From: Haliotis rufescens
Lineage: Eukaryota
DNA: 64,000 nucleotides
Direction: 5' to 3'
Assembly: GCF_023055435.1 (NCBI RefSeq)
Contig: NW_025963857.1
Span: 23,498,001 to 23,562,000 of the forward strand
Numbering within the stretch: the first letter of the stretch is position 1; each line of letters opens with the position of its first letter. The notes under the pieces are model-generated. The model had not been told where the DNA came from, ran no database searches, and saw only the letters and a program-made list of their open reading frames with translations. This document shows, in pieces, positions 48,096-61,540 of the stretch. Both the position numbers and the translations under genes were made by a program.

Positions 48096-51000
48096 CTAAA
48101 CAAATATCAATACCCCAAATACAACAGTCACAATTGTCACAGCAAAAAGAAAAACAACAAAGCATATTTTGTTCAGAAATCCAGCGACCACCGGCCAAGT
48201 AATGTGAACATTGTCACGACTTTTGTCCTTGGTACTCATGTCACTTCTGTTGAATAGTTCGGATTCCTCATTATTTGGAACATGGTTCATCAATTCAGGC
48301 GTTAAGCCCTTACGTTTGGCCGCAAGCCCCGTCATCCATCTGGGAACGCGGTGTTCGGGTGGGAGTCTGTATATGCTCAAAATGATGACGTTGCCTACTA
48401 CAGAGAGGAAGCTGATAAAGCTTTGTATGGATGCCAGTAACACTGAAACATAAACAGGTAGTATTATATACAGTTATCTTGTGTCAGTAACATGTTTTAA
48501 AAAATAAACAAAGTAATTATAATGTGTAATGCTATAACATGGCTAATCGGGACACTGTTAGTTTGGAAAGCCCGAAATCGGGTCCTCCGAAAGCGCTCGT
48601 TAAATCTTCGACATCATCATAATCATCATCATCATCAACGTACTATCCCGGACAATTTGACTGACCATGATACTCTCCGGATGAACGTTGTTTCACTGTA
48701 TGTTGGAATGTTTCATAGGTACAAAATCACACCAAGCATGACATTTTGCAGTTTGTTTCTGTGAGATATACAGGGCCTATTTGCAACGAGCTGCTGAGAT
48801 TGGGTTTCTGCTTATGGCAAAAATGATTAAACATTAACTGAGTTTCGAGTGGGTATTTGATATATCATTTTCCATCATCAATATACGAAAGACAACGAGA
48901 AAAATAGTTTTAAAATGTCAACCCTACAAAGAAACTCAACTGAAGTGAACTGAAGGGCCTCGTTCCACAAGTCGATCTTTGCGCAGAAACGATCATAACT
49001 TCACACTTCACCGTATACTCGGAGTGCTAAAACCACATTGCTTGCCAGATTACCAAGGGCAAGCTGTTTACATCCCGAATAGGCCCGTGCAGATCCGGAG
49101 GAGAATAGGTCTTCAGAACCCCATGTTCGCTGTCAAAGGCGACTATGCTTGTCGTAAGAGGCGCCTAATGGAATCGGGTGGTCAGGCTCGCTGACTTGGT
49201 TGATGCAAGTCCTCACTGGATTGTCCTGTCCAGACTAGATTTTTTCACAGACCGCCGTCAAATAGCTGGAATATTGCTGAGTTCGGCGTTATAAACAATA
49301 AACAAACAAAACATCCTGAGTAATAGTTGATGCCATATTGTTTTACTCAAAAGTGCATTGTAATGGCATGCCGCTCTACATGATTAAACTCGATTTTACA
49401 ACATATAAATTGATATGTAGTAATTGATAGCAATATCGCCATTTGGATACTATCGTAAGTATATACGTAAACATTTGTAAACCATACAAAGTTTACCCTT
49501 TGTCATTTGAGTAGATAATGTTTCCTCATCATATTTTTAATACATACTAGTATGTTGGAATACGTAGTTGTGTGGACATTTTAATAACTGCAATATATAC
49601 CAATAAGTTGGGGGACACATGACATGGCATTCAGTGTGACGAGCGAAACATTTAATTTATAACGAGTAGGCTAAGCCATCGCTTCTAAATATCAATAAAA
49701 CACAGGGGCGGTCGGGTATCCTAGTGGTTAAAACGTTCTCTCGTCACGCCGAAGACCCGGGTTCGATTCCCGACATGGGTACAATGTGCGAGACCCATTT
49801 CTGGTGTTCACCGCCGTGATATTGCTGGAATATTGCTTAAAGCGGCGTAAAACAATACTCACTCACTCAATAAAACAAAGGTGATAGAGTATACATTTGC
49901 AAACGTACGAACCGAATAGTGAGACATGGTTCGACAGCTTCGGCAACGTCTCATAGATGGACGACATGAACACAAAGACTGATAGTAGAGATGTGATGGC
50001 CAGGGTCGTCTTCTCCCCACTGTCTGCAGGAACCAGGAAACTCAGAGGACTCAGCAAGGGGAACACCAGCAGTGGTGACACCAGACACAACCAGTAGAAG
50101 GTTCTTCTCCGCTTAAGAACGAAGAAGAAATCTAATCCCTCGAGTGTTTCATTTTCAATGTGAGTCATTGCGCTCAACGTTGAATTCACCCATGCAGAGA
50201 TCATTTGAAACTCTCCATTTTCAGTATACCAACGCAAAGAAACACCCTCTATCGAAGTCGTATGTTGGTATGCGTTTGTTGTCATCCATGAAAGTATGCT
50301 AATGGAGCACACTTGTGTGTCGAAGGGGAAGTATGTGATGTCGATGTTGCAGGAAGTTGAAGCGACATATCCAGGTTCCCAAATGATAGTGCCGTTAGAT
50401 TTGACGACCACAAGGTTTCTGCCGTCTCCCATACGCTTCTTTACACTAACACTGCAACATGAAACACCATACTAGGAACACACACATCACCCAAGAAGTA
50501 TAAGCAATTAAACCCTTTCCATAGGAAATCCATTACTCCTTTATAACAAACCATCGTATGATTTCATGAGTATGTATTTATGAAACACTGTCACATTGTG
50601 ATGATACCAGGTGTACCCGAAAAGGTTAGCGTATCCTGCCCCAGTGACACCCAACACAAACACATGCACAGGCAAGTCAAATGTTTACCTGGACAAAGGC
50701 AAGAACAATTCACAAGTTAAAAAAGGGAATTGCATCGGATATCATGTTGGTCTGTTATGTGTCCCTTAAAACTTTTTGAAAGTTTGCGTGGGATACAATG
50801 CTGTAACCCTCATCAAAAACTGTTGAGCAAGATCCGTTAGTAATTAATTTAATTTATCATTTATATGCATTATCCATATTATTTCAGGTCTATGTACAAA
50901 GAATGTGGGGCCTATTGTTACATGTTGTCTGTGAGTGGATGTGAATGTCTGGCAAGGATAAGTTTGTTCTCGTTCATATTCTCTCTATGTGTGGTCAGGT

Positions 51001-54000
51001 GAAGACAGCTGCCAAACGTGCTTGCTTTACTCAACGATATCTAAGAAGACCCATTTCTCTATGAACTATGTTCTTTAGTCCCGCATGGATCCGATGATCG
51101 TGATCGTGAGTCTGAATCCCAGATTCTTCCCTCCTATATATTAAGAAAGCATCTTGGTAATGTATCAATGTGTCAACAGCACTGCTCAATGAGATCAATG
51201 CTTCTTTAAATTTCACGTTTTTCAGTGTGTATTAATTTCTTAAACATGTAGTGAATCAATCAGTTAATGAAGGCAAACCTGATTTCATTAAGTTACTTAC
51301 TCATTGTCAATAACATAATCTGGTGTCCATATCATGTTTTCAGTGACAGTGATGTATTTCACAAACCCAAAGTCCTCGGGCTTCCACACCAGGAACTCGT
51401 CTGTCCACGTCTGATGGAGAAACAAATAGTTACAGATAAGATACCGGTCATTTGATATTCGGGGGGTTGGGGGTAGGGCAGAGGATATCTAATCTCGATA
51501 CAAAATTCCATCAGTTGGTCGGTCTCTGACGTGGATAACGTAAGCGTTAGGGATGATCAGTGAGTGAGTTGGCTTCAACGCCGCTTTAACGCCGTCAGTT
51601 TAATGTGGGAGGAAAAGCCGAAGTGATGCAGGTCTTAGAAGTTTACCACTTTTGTGACTCCAGCGAGCATGGGTAAGGTGCTAACAAACCTAGAAACATA
51701 ATCGGGGCGAACCGGCATTCGAACCCAAAATCATAGGTTCCTGGCGTGCCTAAGGGACGCAACTCTGTACAGCGAATTGCGGTGCGTTAGACGATTGGGC
51801 TCAGTGTCCCGGTAAACATAAGGAAGATATAATGGTTATGGAAGTGACAAAACTGAAATAATATCAGGGGGTAGCCTAGTGGTTAAAGCGTTCGCTCGTT
51901 ACGCCGAATATCCGGGTTCGATTCCCCAATTGGGTGCAATGTGTGAAGCCCATTTCTGGTGTCCCCCGTCGTGATATTGCTGGAATATTGCAAAAGTGGC
52001 GTTAAACCAAACTCTCACTAAATAATATCAACGCGCTTAAATATAATTAAAATATAAATGATAAATATTGGGTATCTCTGGGAGCACGTCGTACCGCAGC
52101 GTCCGAATAAAGGGCAAAGTTGTCTGAAGCAAAACTATTTGGCCCGACTCTTAGTGTTCACTATTTTATACATTCGATCTAACAGAAGTATATAAATTCT
52201 ACTTACAATACTGAAAAATCCCAACGACTTCATTGTTTCTGTTTTCATGTCCTGCAAGAAACATTCATTAGATAATGAAATTCCAACTGCAAATTTAAAG
52301 CAAGTAAATTATAGATTAGAGGGGGTTAATTGAGAGACTTGGCTGTGTTTTGCTACTTTCATTGACGAAGCTGATATTTGGAGGTTATTAAAAGGCAGTT
52401 TTAAAATCATGCTCCAATATCTACCCAAGACCACTATATCAGCCCAAGCACCAAAGACCTGAGGGCATATATAGGGATAGGGGGGTTGATATTGGGTATT
52501 ATATGAAAAGAACCATTTTTTACATATAACATCTAATCCATTCATGAAACATCCCTAAATGCTGGTTTGCGCTTCTCGCCGACTGGGGGCGGTCGGGTAG
52601 CCTAGTGGTTAAAGCGTTCGCTCGTCACGCCGAAGACGGGGTTCGATTTCCGACATGGGTACAATGTGTGAAGCCCATTTATGGTGTCCCCCGCTGTGAT
52701 AGTGCTAAAATATTGCTTAAAGCGGCGTAAAACCATACTCACTCACTCATTCACTCACCGACTGATACCAAATGGTTTCTGAATAGCTTTATGTTGTTGT
52801 CAGTTTTACATACAGTATTTTTCATTTTGTTCACAAAACCTTCCGCGCCCGTTTGCTTATACAAATGTGCTCAGTTTTGTCTAAGATAGCATCTAGTTCC
52901 GTAATTCTCTTTGCAAGTAGATCGATGCTCGTGATGTCAATCACCAGACTGTCTGGTCGAGATTTGATGATTTACAGACCGTCGTCATATGACCGCAATA
53001 TTGCTAAACACGACGTTAAAAAACAAACTAGAATTAGAAGTTAATAAATCTAAATGTGAGTGAAGATTAATTGTCATGGTTTTGCAAATTACGACAAAGA
53101 GATATCTTTCCGACGTACCAGGTTCTCCATCTGTTTCATAGTAAACACAACGTTCACATTTGTTGGCTTTTCCTTGTCGTGTGAGGGCCTGACAAGAACA
53201 CTGTAGTTGTCGAACAAGGTGTTTAGTAGTTGGTGTATATCTTCTTGAGACTTCGTAACTGTAACAAAATAACATTTCGAAAAACAAGAAAATATATGTA
53301 CACATTATTTCCTTCTCTGGTATATCCGGTATCATTCTGTCTTTTTAGCTTGTTCACAATCATTATCAAACAGTGGTTTACGTACATGTATATGAGGGTT
53401 TGCAGAGGAGTTAGGAATTCTTTCGTCTCCAAAAGCATTTAATTGATTAGCAAATAGTTGTTTTGGATCAAGAACATTCTGATTGTTTGTTTGTTTGTTG
53501 TTTAACGCCGCACTCAGCAATATTTCAGCTATATGATGAGTCTGCACCAAACAATCCAGTGATTGACATCATGAGCATCGATCCACGCAATTGGAAATCG
53601 ATGACATGCATCAACCAAGTCAGCGAGCCTGAACGCCCGATCCCGTTAGTCGCCTTTTACGACAAGCATACTCGCCTTTTATGGCAAGCATGGGTTGCTG
53701 AAGACCTTTTCTACCCCGGATCTTCACGGGTCAGAGTCTTGTTAGATGTTTTCTGTACATAGTGTTTGGAACAAAGACCAACTGGCCTTTGTAAAGTTCT
53801 ACGTTGTTGAAGGTGGTTCATCAGCGGGATTGATAGGTAAAGTATATGTTAAAGTATACGTTAAAGTATATGTTAAAGTGACCTACAAAGGTCATCATGG
53901 ACCGACAATTCACATTTGTCCAAAATATTTGACAGTTTAAAATCTTAATTCACTAGTAATTTCATTAAAATTATTCGCAAGACCTCTGCAATTCCATGAT

Positions 54001-55672
54001 TGTATAATGTTTTGTGGATTCATGGTGCTTCCACAGGAGATGTATCACGCGATGTTGAGGAAGACTTTGAATTAATTACTCCTTTGTGTCACGTGGAGAT
54101 GGATGTACCTCTATGTCAAGAGAACCAAAGGAGTGGCATTTTTTGGTGTCACACCTGCTCTCGTTTCTGCTTTTGTCTTTCTTTGACGGATTGACAATGT
54201 CTGGTTCTGGTTCAGATACTGGTTTAACCGTTTTGGATTTGAGATTTAGATTTGGATTTGGATTTTGGTTTTTCTAGTTAAGAGGTTGGCATGGGTTGCA
54301 GAGACTTGACCCATGTCAGATCAGTCTGGCAGACAATAATAGAGGCAGTAGTAACAGAATGGGAGACTGCAGCAGAGTACGAAATAGTTGATGAAGTGGT
54401 TGCAGTCAGACTGGCAACCCACGTCTTAGCTTCACAGTGTAGGATTTAGAGAGGTCATATGGTTCCTATTGCAGATAACACACTTCACATCCTCCCTGGA
54501 AGCCCGTGCTCTCGTGAATGTCACCGCAGCGGTAACAAACAGCACACGCATGGCAGGATTTGGATCAATGTCCAAACGCTTGCCAGTAGTAGCAGCAAAG
54601 TGGATATGGGATGTACACCTCCACTCCAATTTTACAAAAAACAAGCTTTGATCGATTGAGGGATCGATGTTCGGGCAAAGGTGATCTTGTAGGTGTTGGT
54701 CGGTTCAACCCTACCATCCTTCTTAACAGTTAATCGTTTAACAGCTGTGTCAGACCATATGTTCACACACTTGTATGCACAGGGCATGGTTGATAGAATC
54801 GGGCCCATTCTATCACCCGTCTTGGCAAAGTTAGAGTTGAAGTGGCGTGTTGGACTAAGCAACGCTATTGCCGGCTCCGGCGCCTCAACCACCAGACTCC
54901 CTTCTCCAGGTTCCGAAACATGGACGCAACCCACGGCAAACAGGTTGCCCTTACGACCAGCAATGTGGTACAGGAGTACGCCGGGTTCATGCTTAAGAGA
55001 CGCTGTAAACATATTTGTTTGTTGCTTAACGCCGCACGACACAATATTGCCTGAAAATGACGGCCGTCTGTAAATAATCGAGTCTGGTTCAGGCAACCTA
55101 GTGACCGACTTCATGAGCATTGGCGACACGCATCAATCAAGTCTTCGAGGCCCGTTAGTCCCCTCTCTTGAGAAGCATTAGTTGCTGAAGGCCAAAACAA
55201 GAATTCTTCAGTAGGTAGGAACCTCATCATTTAAACAGTGATTTCTAGCTTACACTATCCTGAGATGAAGACATGAGGATTGATAGGATTGTGAGGATAC
55301 ACTCACCTTCTCGCAAACACCTGGTATCATCCCTATTTGATAGGGATTCATAAACAAGCTCATGATAAAGTCGGAATCGTACAATCGATTCTGCTTTTGG
55401 CAGAGATTTCCAATGAATATGAGAAAGGGTTTTGTCGCTTTTATTTAATTACATAACTGAGTTTCATTCGAAATGTCAGTTATTTGCAACACCTGTCCTT
55501 TTCCAATGTGATCTGATTTTATATTCCTATAGTTTGACAACCTGTGGGAAAAGAGACAAAGACATGGACCCTTAACGATTGGAGTTACGGTAATAATGGA
55601 ATGTGTAGGCTTACCTCCGAACTTGAACCATGTTATGAGGACGACAATCCTGGCAACAGGTCGTATGTCCAT
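48096..55672 (-). CDS. Divergent Cys-loop ligand-gated ion channel (nAChR-like, non-alpha) subunit, 412 aa; exons 55672-55615, 53258-53119, 52251-52207, 51410-51301, 50451-49913, 48442-48096
   Basis: All junctions are GT-AG and in phase (1239 nt total). Translation: MDIRPVARIVVLITWFKFG-V-TKSQEDIHQLLNTLFDNYSVLVRPS...L/DMKTETMKSLGFFSI/TWTDEFLVWKPEDFG...IWTPDY...; Cys-loop CNIDITYFPFDTQVC; M1, GEK-M2, M3, M4. The 45- and 110-nt exons are typical of nAChR genes. Exon 1 is the least certain. Confidence 0.9.
49082..49312 (+). mobile_element. SINE family B copy (internally deleted), intronic
   Basis: Family B head and (AAAC)n tail. Confidence 0.8.
49703..49866 (+). mobile_element. tRNA-derived SINE family A, intronic, 11-bp TSD
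   Basis: A/B boxes and ACTC tail. TSD tcaataaaaca at 49692-49702 and 49867-49877. Confidence 0.9.
51560..51812 (-). mobile_element. Third SINE-like family (C); fragments also at ~44220-44370, ~46990-47050 and ~63780-63885
   Basis: Shared blocks gtgggaggaaagccgaagtgatgcagg, aaacctagaaacataatc and taagggacgcaactctg. B box GGTTCGAATGCC on the minus strand; ACTC tail. Confidence 0.65.
51867..52019 (+). mobile_element. SINE family A copy with TSD aaataatatca
   Basis: A/B boxes, family A body and flanking direct repeat. Confidence 0.88.
52586..52757 (+). mobile_element. SINE family A copy with TSD ccgactg
   Basis: A/B boxes, ACTC tail and flanking direct repeat. Confidence 0.88.
53480..53731 (-). 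mobile_element. SINE family B copy with complete head
   Basis: Matches family B; (AAAC)n tail. Confidence 0.87.
53740..54990 (-). mobile_element. Degenerate I/Nimb-like LINE 5' fragment (gag-like ORF1 with zinc knuckles, start of ORF2) in intron 1 of the receptor gene
   Basis: VKRLTVKKDGRVEPTNTYKITFARTSIPQSIK, YIPYPLCC..QAFGH and VKCVICNRNH, then MNPQNIIQSWNCRGL at ~54020-53980. Many stops and frameshifts. Confidence 0.75.
55012..55200 (-). mobile_element. Old degenerate SINE family B copy
   Basis: gtctgtaaataatcgagtctgg and cccgttagtc blocks. Confidence 0.7.
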
Positions 55673-55844
55673 TATCTGTGTATCGTCTGGCTCTGGTGGA
55701 ACTGAATAGTGTAACGTTGGCTTTGTATCATACTGACGAATCATTTGAAAATCGATGCCTCAATTCTGTAGAGTATGGTGTCATGTAGTTTAGCGGCGAA
55801 GGCGTGATGATGATGGGCGGGAAATACGATGTCATTGTTAACAA

Positions 55845-55867
55845 CCCCCCCCCCCCCCCCCCCCCCC
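55845..55867. repeat. Poly-C tract (G tract on the minus strand) ~170 bp upstream of the receptor ATG
   Basis: Seen directly. Confidence 0.9.
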
Positions 55868-57459
55868 GTATATCGGGAGTGCTCCTATATGTTGCGTTAT
55901 GAAACAAATTATTCCTTTTTTATGCAAATTGTGACTGGGGAGTACCACCGGTAGGGCAGGACATGCTACCCTTTTCGCAAACACTCGATGTCATCGCTGA
56001 TTTTCAGGGATCCAATCATATAACTTTCACAGCTATGTTGCCTTTACCGTCCAATGGCATATGTTTCGGCACAAGATCGAGATTAATTCTTGCGCTGGCG
56101 ATTTATTTTATGATTATGGAAAGGGTTATGTCGTTATTTGCATTATCAGGAAATATATAACATTCTAATTCTGCATAATACAAATGATTTATTGTGATAA
56201 CGCAGTTGTGAAGAATGAAATGAAGTTCGTTCCCTCAGACTGACCATATATTCCTACCAGTCCCACTGTGACGGATCTAGGGGGCTCGAGTACCGGACGT
56301 GGCGTCACAGTATGCATATCCATCAAATAAAAACAGAACAGGATATCCTTGTCAACAATAACAGTATCAATTTATTTACATTAATTAACAAGTTGAACTC
56401 AATTCAGCCAGTATATTTATATCAATAAAGATATATAAAATTACTCCATAAATATATAGTTGCCAGACGACCAACGCCAAAGATTGGAACATTGCTGAGT
56501 GCGGCGTTAAACAACAAATAAATGAACAAAATATTTACAGACCGCCGTCATATATCTGGAAGTGCGGCATGAAACCAACAAAAAATATATATAACGTCAA
56601 CGCCAGAAATGGACAGTCTTGACAAATCCATTGGGCTTAAAAGGGAGAAAAGCAGTGAATACGATATGAAAGGGACACTGAAAATGAGAGACGACACCAG
56701 GTGTTCGGCAAGGTTAGGCATGTCCCGCCCCAGCGGTAGCACCTGTCATACAAAACACGAAACTATTTACGATAAGACTGTCACATTCCATTAGGCCATC
56801 TGTGCTTTGTTCATGACCAGGATTATTTAATCGCACGCATGACAGACTAACAGTTTACATCTGACTGCGTCCGGTTATATACCAACCGTACCATAATGTT
56901 GAACTATTCATCGAAAGCCATCAGTCATCTATTAATCATGTGTCGACCTTCTGCCACGCTTGTAGAACTCCACTATCTGTATCTCTCTGGTATTGTCCTC
57001 ATATGATAATGGAAAGGGGACCTCGAGAACAGAGACGAGGTGTCGGTAGTCATGGTCCCATGATGTTGTGCGAGCAACGCTGCCACCACCGACTGTCTGA
57101 AACACTCGTGGCACGAGTTTCATGCTGATAACAAACAATGGCACTGTGGGCGAATGGGATGAATACACCAGACATGAAATGAATCTGTGAAATATTTACC
57201 AATATCTCACTCAGCTTTTCTGGACATACGCGGGAGGCATAAAGCACGGCTATCGCCTGTGTGTACATAAAACTTTATGTACATAAAACTGTATGTACAT
57301 AAAAGTGATCAAAGATGAATAGTGTAAGCTATCATTTAATGACAGTGGCTTTTGATATCAAATATTGTTAACACATGACATTTTTAAACAATAATCGGTG
57401 TGTGCTTTTAACTTCGCCCTTTTCTGCTTTAAAAGTCATAATAAACCAGTGGTATGAAT

Positions 57460-57465
57460 CACACA

Positions 57466-57500
<35 letters not shown>

Positions 57501-57515
57501 GCACACACTCACACA
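57460..57515. repeat. (GCAC)n/(CA)n microsatellite
   Basis: Seen directly. Confidence 0.9.
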
Positions 57516-59229
57516 TACCATCAGAATCAATTAGATCTGATCGCCTACTCCCCATCATATATCATCATATCATTTCCATTTGGCAATACCATATGGATCA
57601 GAAGATATGACTTGATGATGCCCACTAACCCTACCTTTGGGGCATAGTATGTATGCACACACACCACATACACACATACTAGTATATACAGTGTCTCGAA
57701 TTCATTCCAGAGACACAGATCAAGTTGTCCGACCTTGTTACCGCATGACCTAGAATCAGACAACAGAAGGCGAACGTATAACACGTTAAAGAAGTCGGGG
57801 GTCAAATTTGCATTTTGCAGCCAACGTCACGAATATCGGATATAATCATTTCTGTTGGCCACACATGCACGAATGCTTCAGACTTTATGTTGTTCCACTC
57901 ATCAGTTCATTGAGGGTGATGGGTGGATATTTGACACTGAGGTGCAACAGGACGTGTTTAATGGTTCAGGACTGAGTGTTGGCAATGACATGACATGGGT
58001 GTTTTGCTGTTAGGGGAATTTAGTCACAACCATGAGATAAGGGACCTTATGGGTGAAAAATCACATTTTGACTACTCATTATGTCAGAAATACAGTATCT
58101 TAAGAACACAGGAACACGATGCACAACCTTCAATCCCTATTTACTAAAAAGTTACTTGGCATCAAACAGTTGGACTAATGCTCTGCAAAATCCCAGCTAA
58201 CTGTTGGATTCATTTAGATATAGTGACTGATTAATCGAAAGTAGACATGTATGCTAAAATGTTTTGAAATAATGATTTTATTACATTACGACTAAAAGGA
58301 AAAATAAGACCGCCGTCATATAGCTGGAATATTGCTGAGTGCGGCGTTAAACAACAATGCCGTTATGAACCCACCACCCAAAACAATCATGCTACACGAC
58401 GTTAACGTCTATAGAACGCTTACTATGACGTCTCCATGAGTATGACTTGATTCGGTCATGGAAGTCGAGAGTGAACTTAGATTCGTCTGAAAACATGACA
58501 TTTGTCCAACGGCAATTATCCCAGTGCTGACGTTCCCTACACCACTGACGCCTCTGATTTAAATTACATGCAATATGTTTTATGATGACACGTCGACGTC
58601 TTGCACGCTGTTGTCATCTGTACAGAGGATTTTGCACCATCTGAGCATGTACTCTTACACCAGTTGCTGCAACCGGTCCCTTATCTGAGTGACAGTAATG
58701 TTTGCAACCGATCATCGTTTTGACTAATGTGTCCTGGATAATGGAATGAACTGCTATATCAATGTGAATTAATTGGCGGCATCAATATTCCGGCAGAACA
58801 ATTCACAAGCATAAACCTGGCTCGTGTTTCTTCTTCGTTAAAAATGACAACAACACGATTGATAATCTACACTATGGGCATGTCAGAAACATAATAAACC
58901 AGAAACTTGGGGGAACATAGCTTCAAAGGTATTTCAAACGAGCTTAAAACATCCCTTATTTACTTCCATCAATGATCCATCAATAGGTGGAGCTCCTTTG
59001 ATAATGAAAGCTCGATATGATTTCAAAGATTTTGCTTTTAAAACACCACTGCTTAGACCAACCACACAACATGCCAGGTGTCTATATGGTTTGTTCGCGG
59101 CTAATATAAATCTCTTGATCAGGTTATTCGTGTCACATGGGCTACACATGTTAACATTTACAGTTTACATATGGATTTGGATATGTCTGGATTTCGCAGG
59201 AGGTTGGAGACGATGTGTTAGTGCTTAAC

Positions 59230-59730
59230 AGGTTCGGAAAACATGGTACGATAACATTTGTAAATCAAATAAGCTATTGTATAAGGAATAGAAACATAAG
59301 TTATCGTTCGATTTTATCTGTCTGAAATCCCAATCCGTGAATACAGACGTATTTTATGCCTATTAAGAATTGGTGAACTACCATTGATGGTAAATATAGG
59401 TTTGAGATGGTATCGAACGTAAAAACAGATTATGCAAGTTTTGTACTCATCAGGCTGTCAAAGATCAATATATTGGTTTTACTAACTTGTCCGTATTTTA
59501 GTTCTGTAAGAAATAAATACTTACCACGATACTATTCAGATAACGTATTCAAATACAGTCATTTGTTGGCTGTTAGGCAAAAGTGTATACGTATTAACGG
59601 TGCTAAATATGTGTTAGAAGCTCTTGCTATAAGAAAAATGTCGTGATATCACTATCTATTACTGTGTGATGTTTTCAATGATCGTTGTACGTGGGTTGTA
59701 CTGAATAAACCAACTGAATGAAATTGATGG
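59230..59730 (+). mobile_element. Degenerate LINE 3' fragment (ORF2 C-terminal zinc-knuckle region)
   Basis: ERKNRLCKFC ... LLTCPYFSSVRNKYLPRYY in shifted frames, followed by AATAAA at ~59704. Confidence 0.6.
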
Positions 59731-59989
59731 TGGCTGACTGATGTAAGAGAGAGAATCCCTTGGTTGATTGAGGCGAGGCTCATTTTCGTTGGTTTAATGC
59801 CGCTTGGAACAGTATTTCAATTATATCGCGAGGCTCATACGTCAAATATATTGAATTATGACAATGGCAGCCGTCCAATAGTCAGGATTGGCAGACACTT
59901 ATCATTAATACTACATAGCCCCCAAGAGAATGCGTTCTAAAATTACAGTAGTAATCGTTTCTGAGTAGGATTGAAATTTGGCAATGTTT

Positions 59990-60330
59990 TCCACATGTCT
60001 ATCGTTAAACCTTTTGAAACCTATATTAAGGTTTTGAATGTTGTAACCCTGAACAAACAACTTTTGTGCAAGAGTCGTATGATGGTCTTATTTTCAATTT
60101 TCGTTGAAAGAGCATACACGATTGTTCCTCAAAAGTTGTGAAACGTAGAACCCAAAGGCTGAAACTGCTGGAAAATTGCTCGACACAACGGGAACGTTGA
60201 TCTCATCCTGCTTGTCATTCAGTCTTATGGATATTCTTTCTCTCCATGAATCATTATGTGTAGATCTAAATATGAAAGAGATGAGGCGCTTAACACTGGT
60301 CGTTTTTATTTCTAGCACAGGTGGGTAAGT
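59990..60330 (-). mobile_element. Degenerate Penelope-like RT C-terminal fragment
   Basis: LEIKTT...LNDKQDEINVPVVSSNFPAVSAFGFYVSQLLR..RVCS, then LAQKLFVQGY...FKRFNDRH. This resembles the PLE thumb region from my recall of the family. Confidence 0.7.
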
Positions 60331-61177
60331 CGGTGGAAGGGTAGTGGCTATTTGACCAATTCCTGAAGCTTAGGTGTTAAAATTCTTGGCCTTGTCTCGA
60401 TTTTGCTAATCCGAACAGAAATTCTGACTAGCATACATAACGAAAACGCCGCTTTGAACAGTATATGATTTATATAAGTGAGTTTCGTTTTACGCAGCAA
60501 TATTTTACCAACATGAAATCATAAATATGCATTGTTGCAAGTAATTCAAGATGACGTCATCAGTTTATGACGTCACAGAAGATCGTCTGTTCGCAATTCA
60601 TGACGCACGTCCTTCTAACAATAGACTGACTTAGAAAACATTTTTCTGTTTTAAGCAGTGCCCATTGCACGAACGGTACTATGGCATTGCTTTTTCACCA
60701 GTACATTACCAGTGCAATACTTAAAAAGGCTCTAAATCGTTACCCCAGTGGTTATTTGACATAGCGTAGCTTGCTAAAGAGACCCACGGGAAAACGAAAA
60801 GCAATGAAGAGAGAGAGTGGTGTCAGAAAATGTCACGTTGAGGTAAACCGCACGTACATTATTGATCATTCTGTAATTACTTACTAACAAAGGCACGTGT
60901 TCAATATTTCCATGTCAACGAAGCCGCTTACCAGCTGTGTGTCTTGTCTTGGATATTTTAAAAAATTCTTTCAATGTAGTCTATTTCGGAATGTGGATAG
61001 TTGATAAAATAAATTAAAAAAACCTCATAAACCCATCACAGAGCTATAGCAGGTGTCATTACATGGTTCACGGAACATGTCACAACAAAGTCTACAGTAT
61101 ATTGATTGTGTTAAAAGTGTACGTCTCTTTAGCAAATCTTCAGCTCTATAGGGATGTTTTAATAGTTTAAAGACAGA

Positions 61178-61317
61178 GTGAGTGTATGTTGTTTAACGCC
61201 GCTTTCCTATCACCAGGAATGGGCTTCACATATTGTACCCATGTGGGCAATCGAACTCGGGGATCGTGGGCTTGTGGGAGCGCACGCATTAACCATAAGG
61301 CTACTCCACCGTCCCTC
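61178..61317 (-). mobile_element. SINE family A-related copy, duplicated at ~61881-62020
   Basis: Reverse complement of the tRNA head and atgggtacaatgtgtgaagccc body. Confidence 0.75.
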
Positions 61318-61540
61318 AAAGTGGGATCTTAGTTCATATAGATACATATTTGCCTTTGATATTATAATATTTTTTTCGTGTTATCGAAATAATATACAAA
61401 CGAATGGGACACACATCTACGTATTTTCCTGACCTGATTAAGTAAATATCTTTGTCTTTTTCTTATTCCGTTAGAACGGTTTGTGTCATGGTAATATGCA
61501 TGCAACGAAAGTGAAATCCTACTGGGACCACGCTCTCTTC

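Noticed and set aside
52985-53335. 116-aa minus-strand ORF, and the 99-aa ORF at 55445-55744, as standalone genes
   Set aside because: The first overlaps receptor exon 2 in the wrong frame. Only 55672-55615 of the second fits as the signal-peptide exon.
56688-56752. SECIS element (ATGA at the base of the hairpin on the minus strand)
   Set aside because: The 3' GA of the quartet and a correctly spaced apical AA are not evident, and there is no associated UGA-containing ORF.
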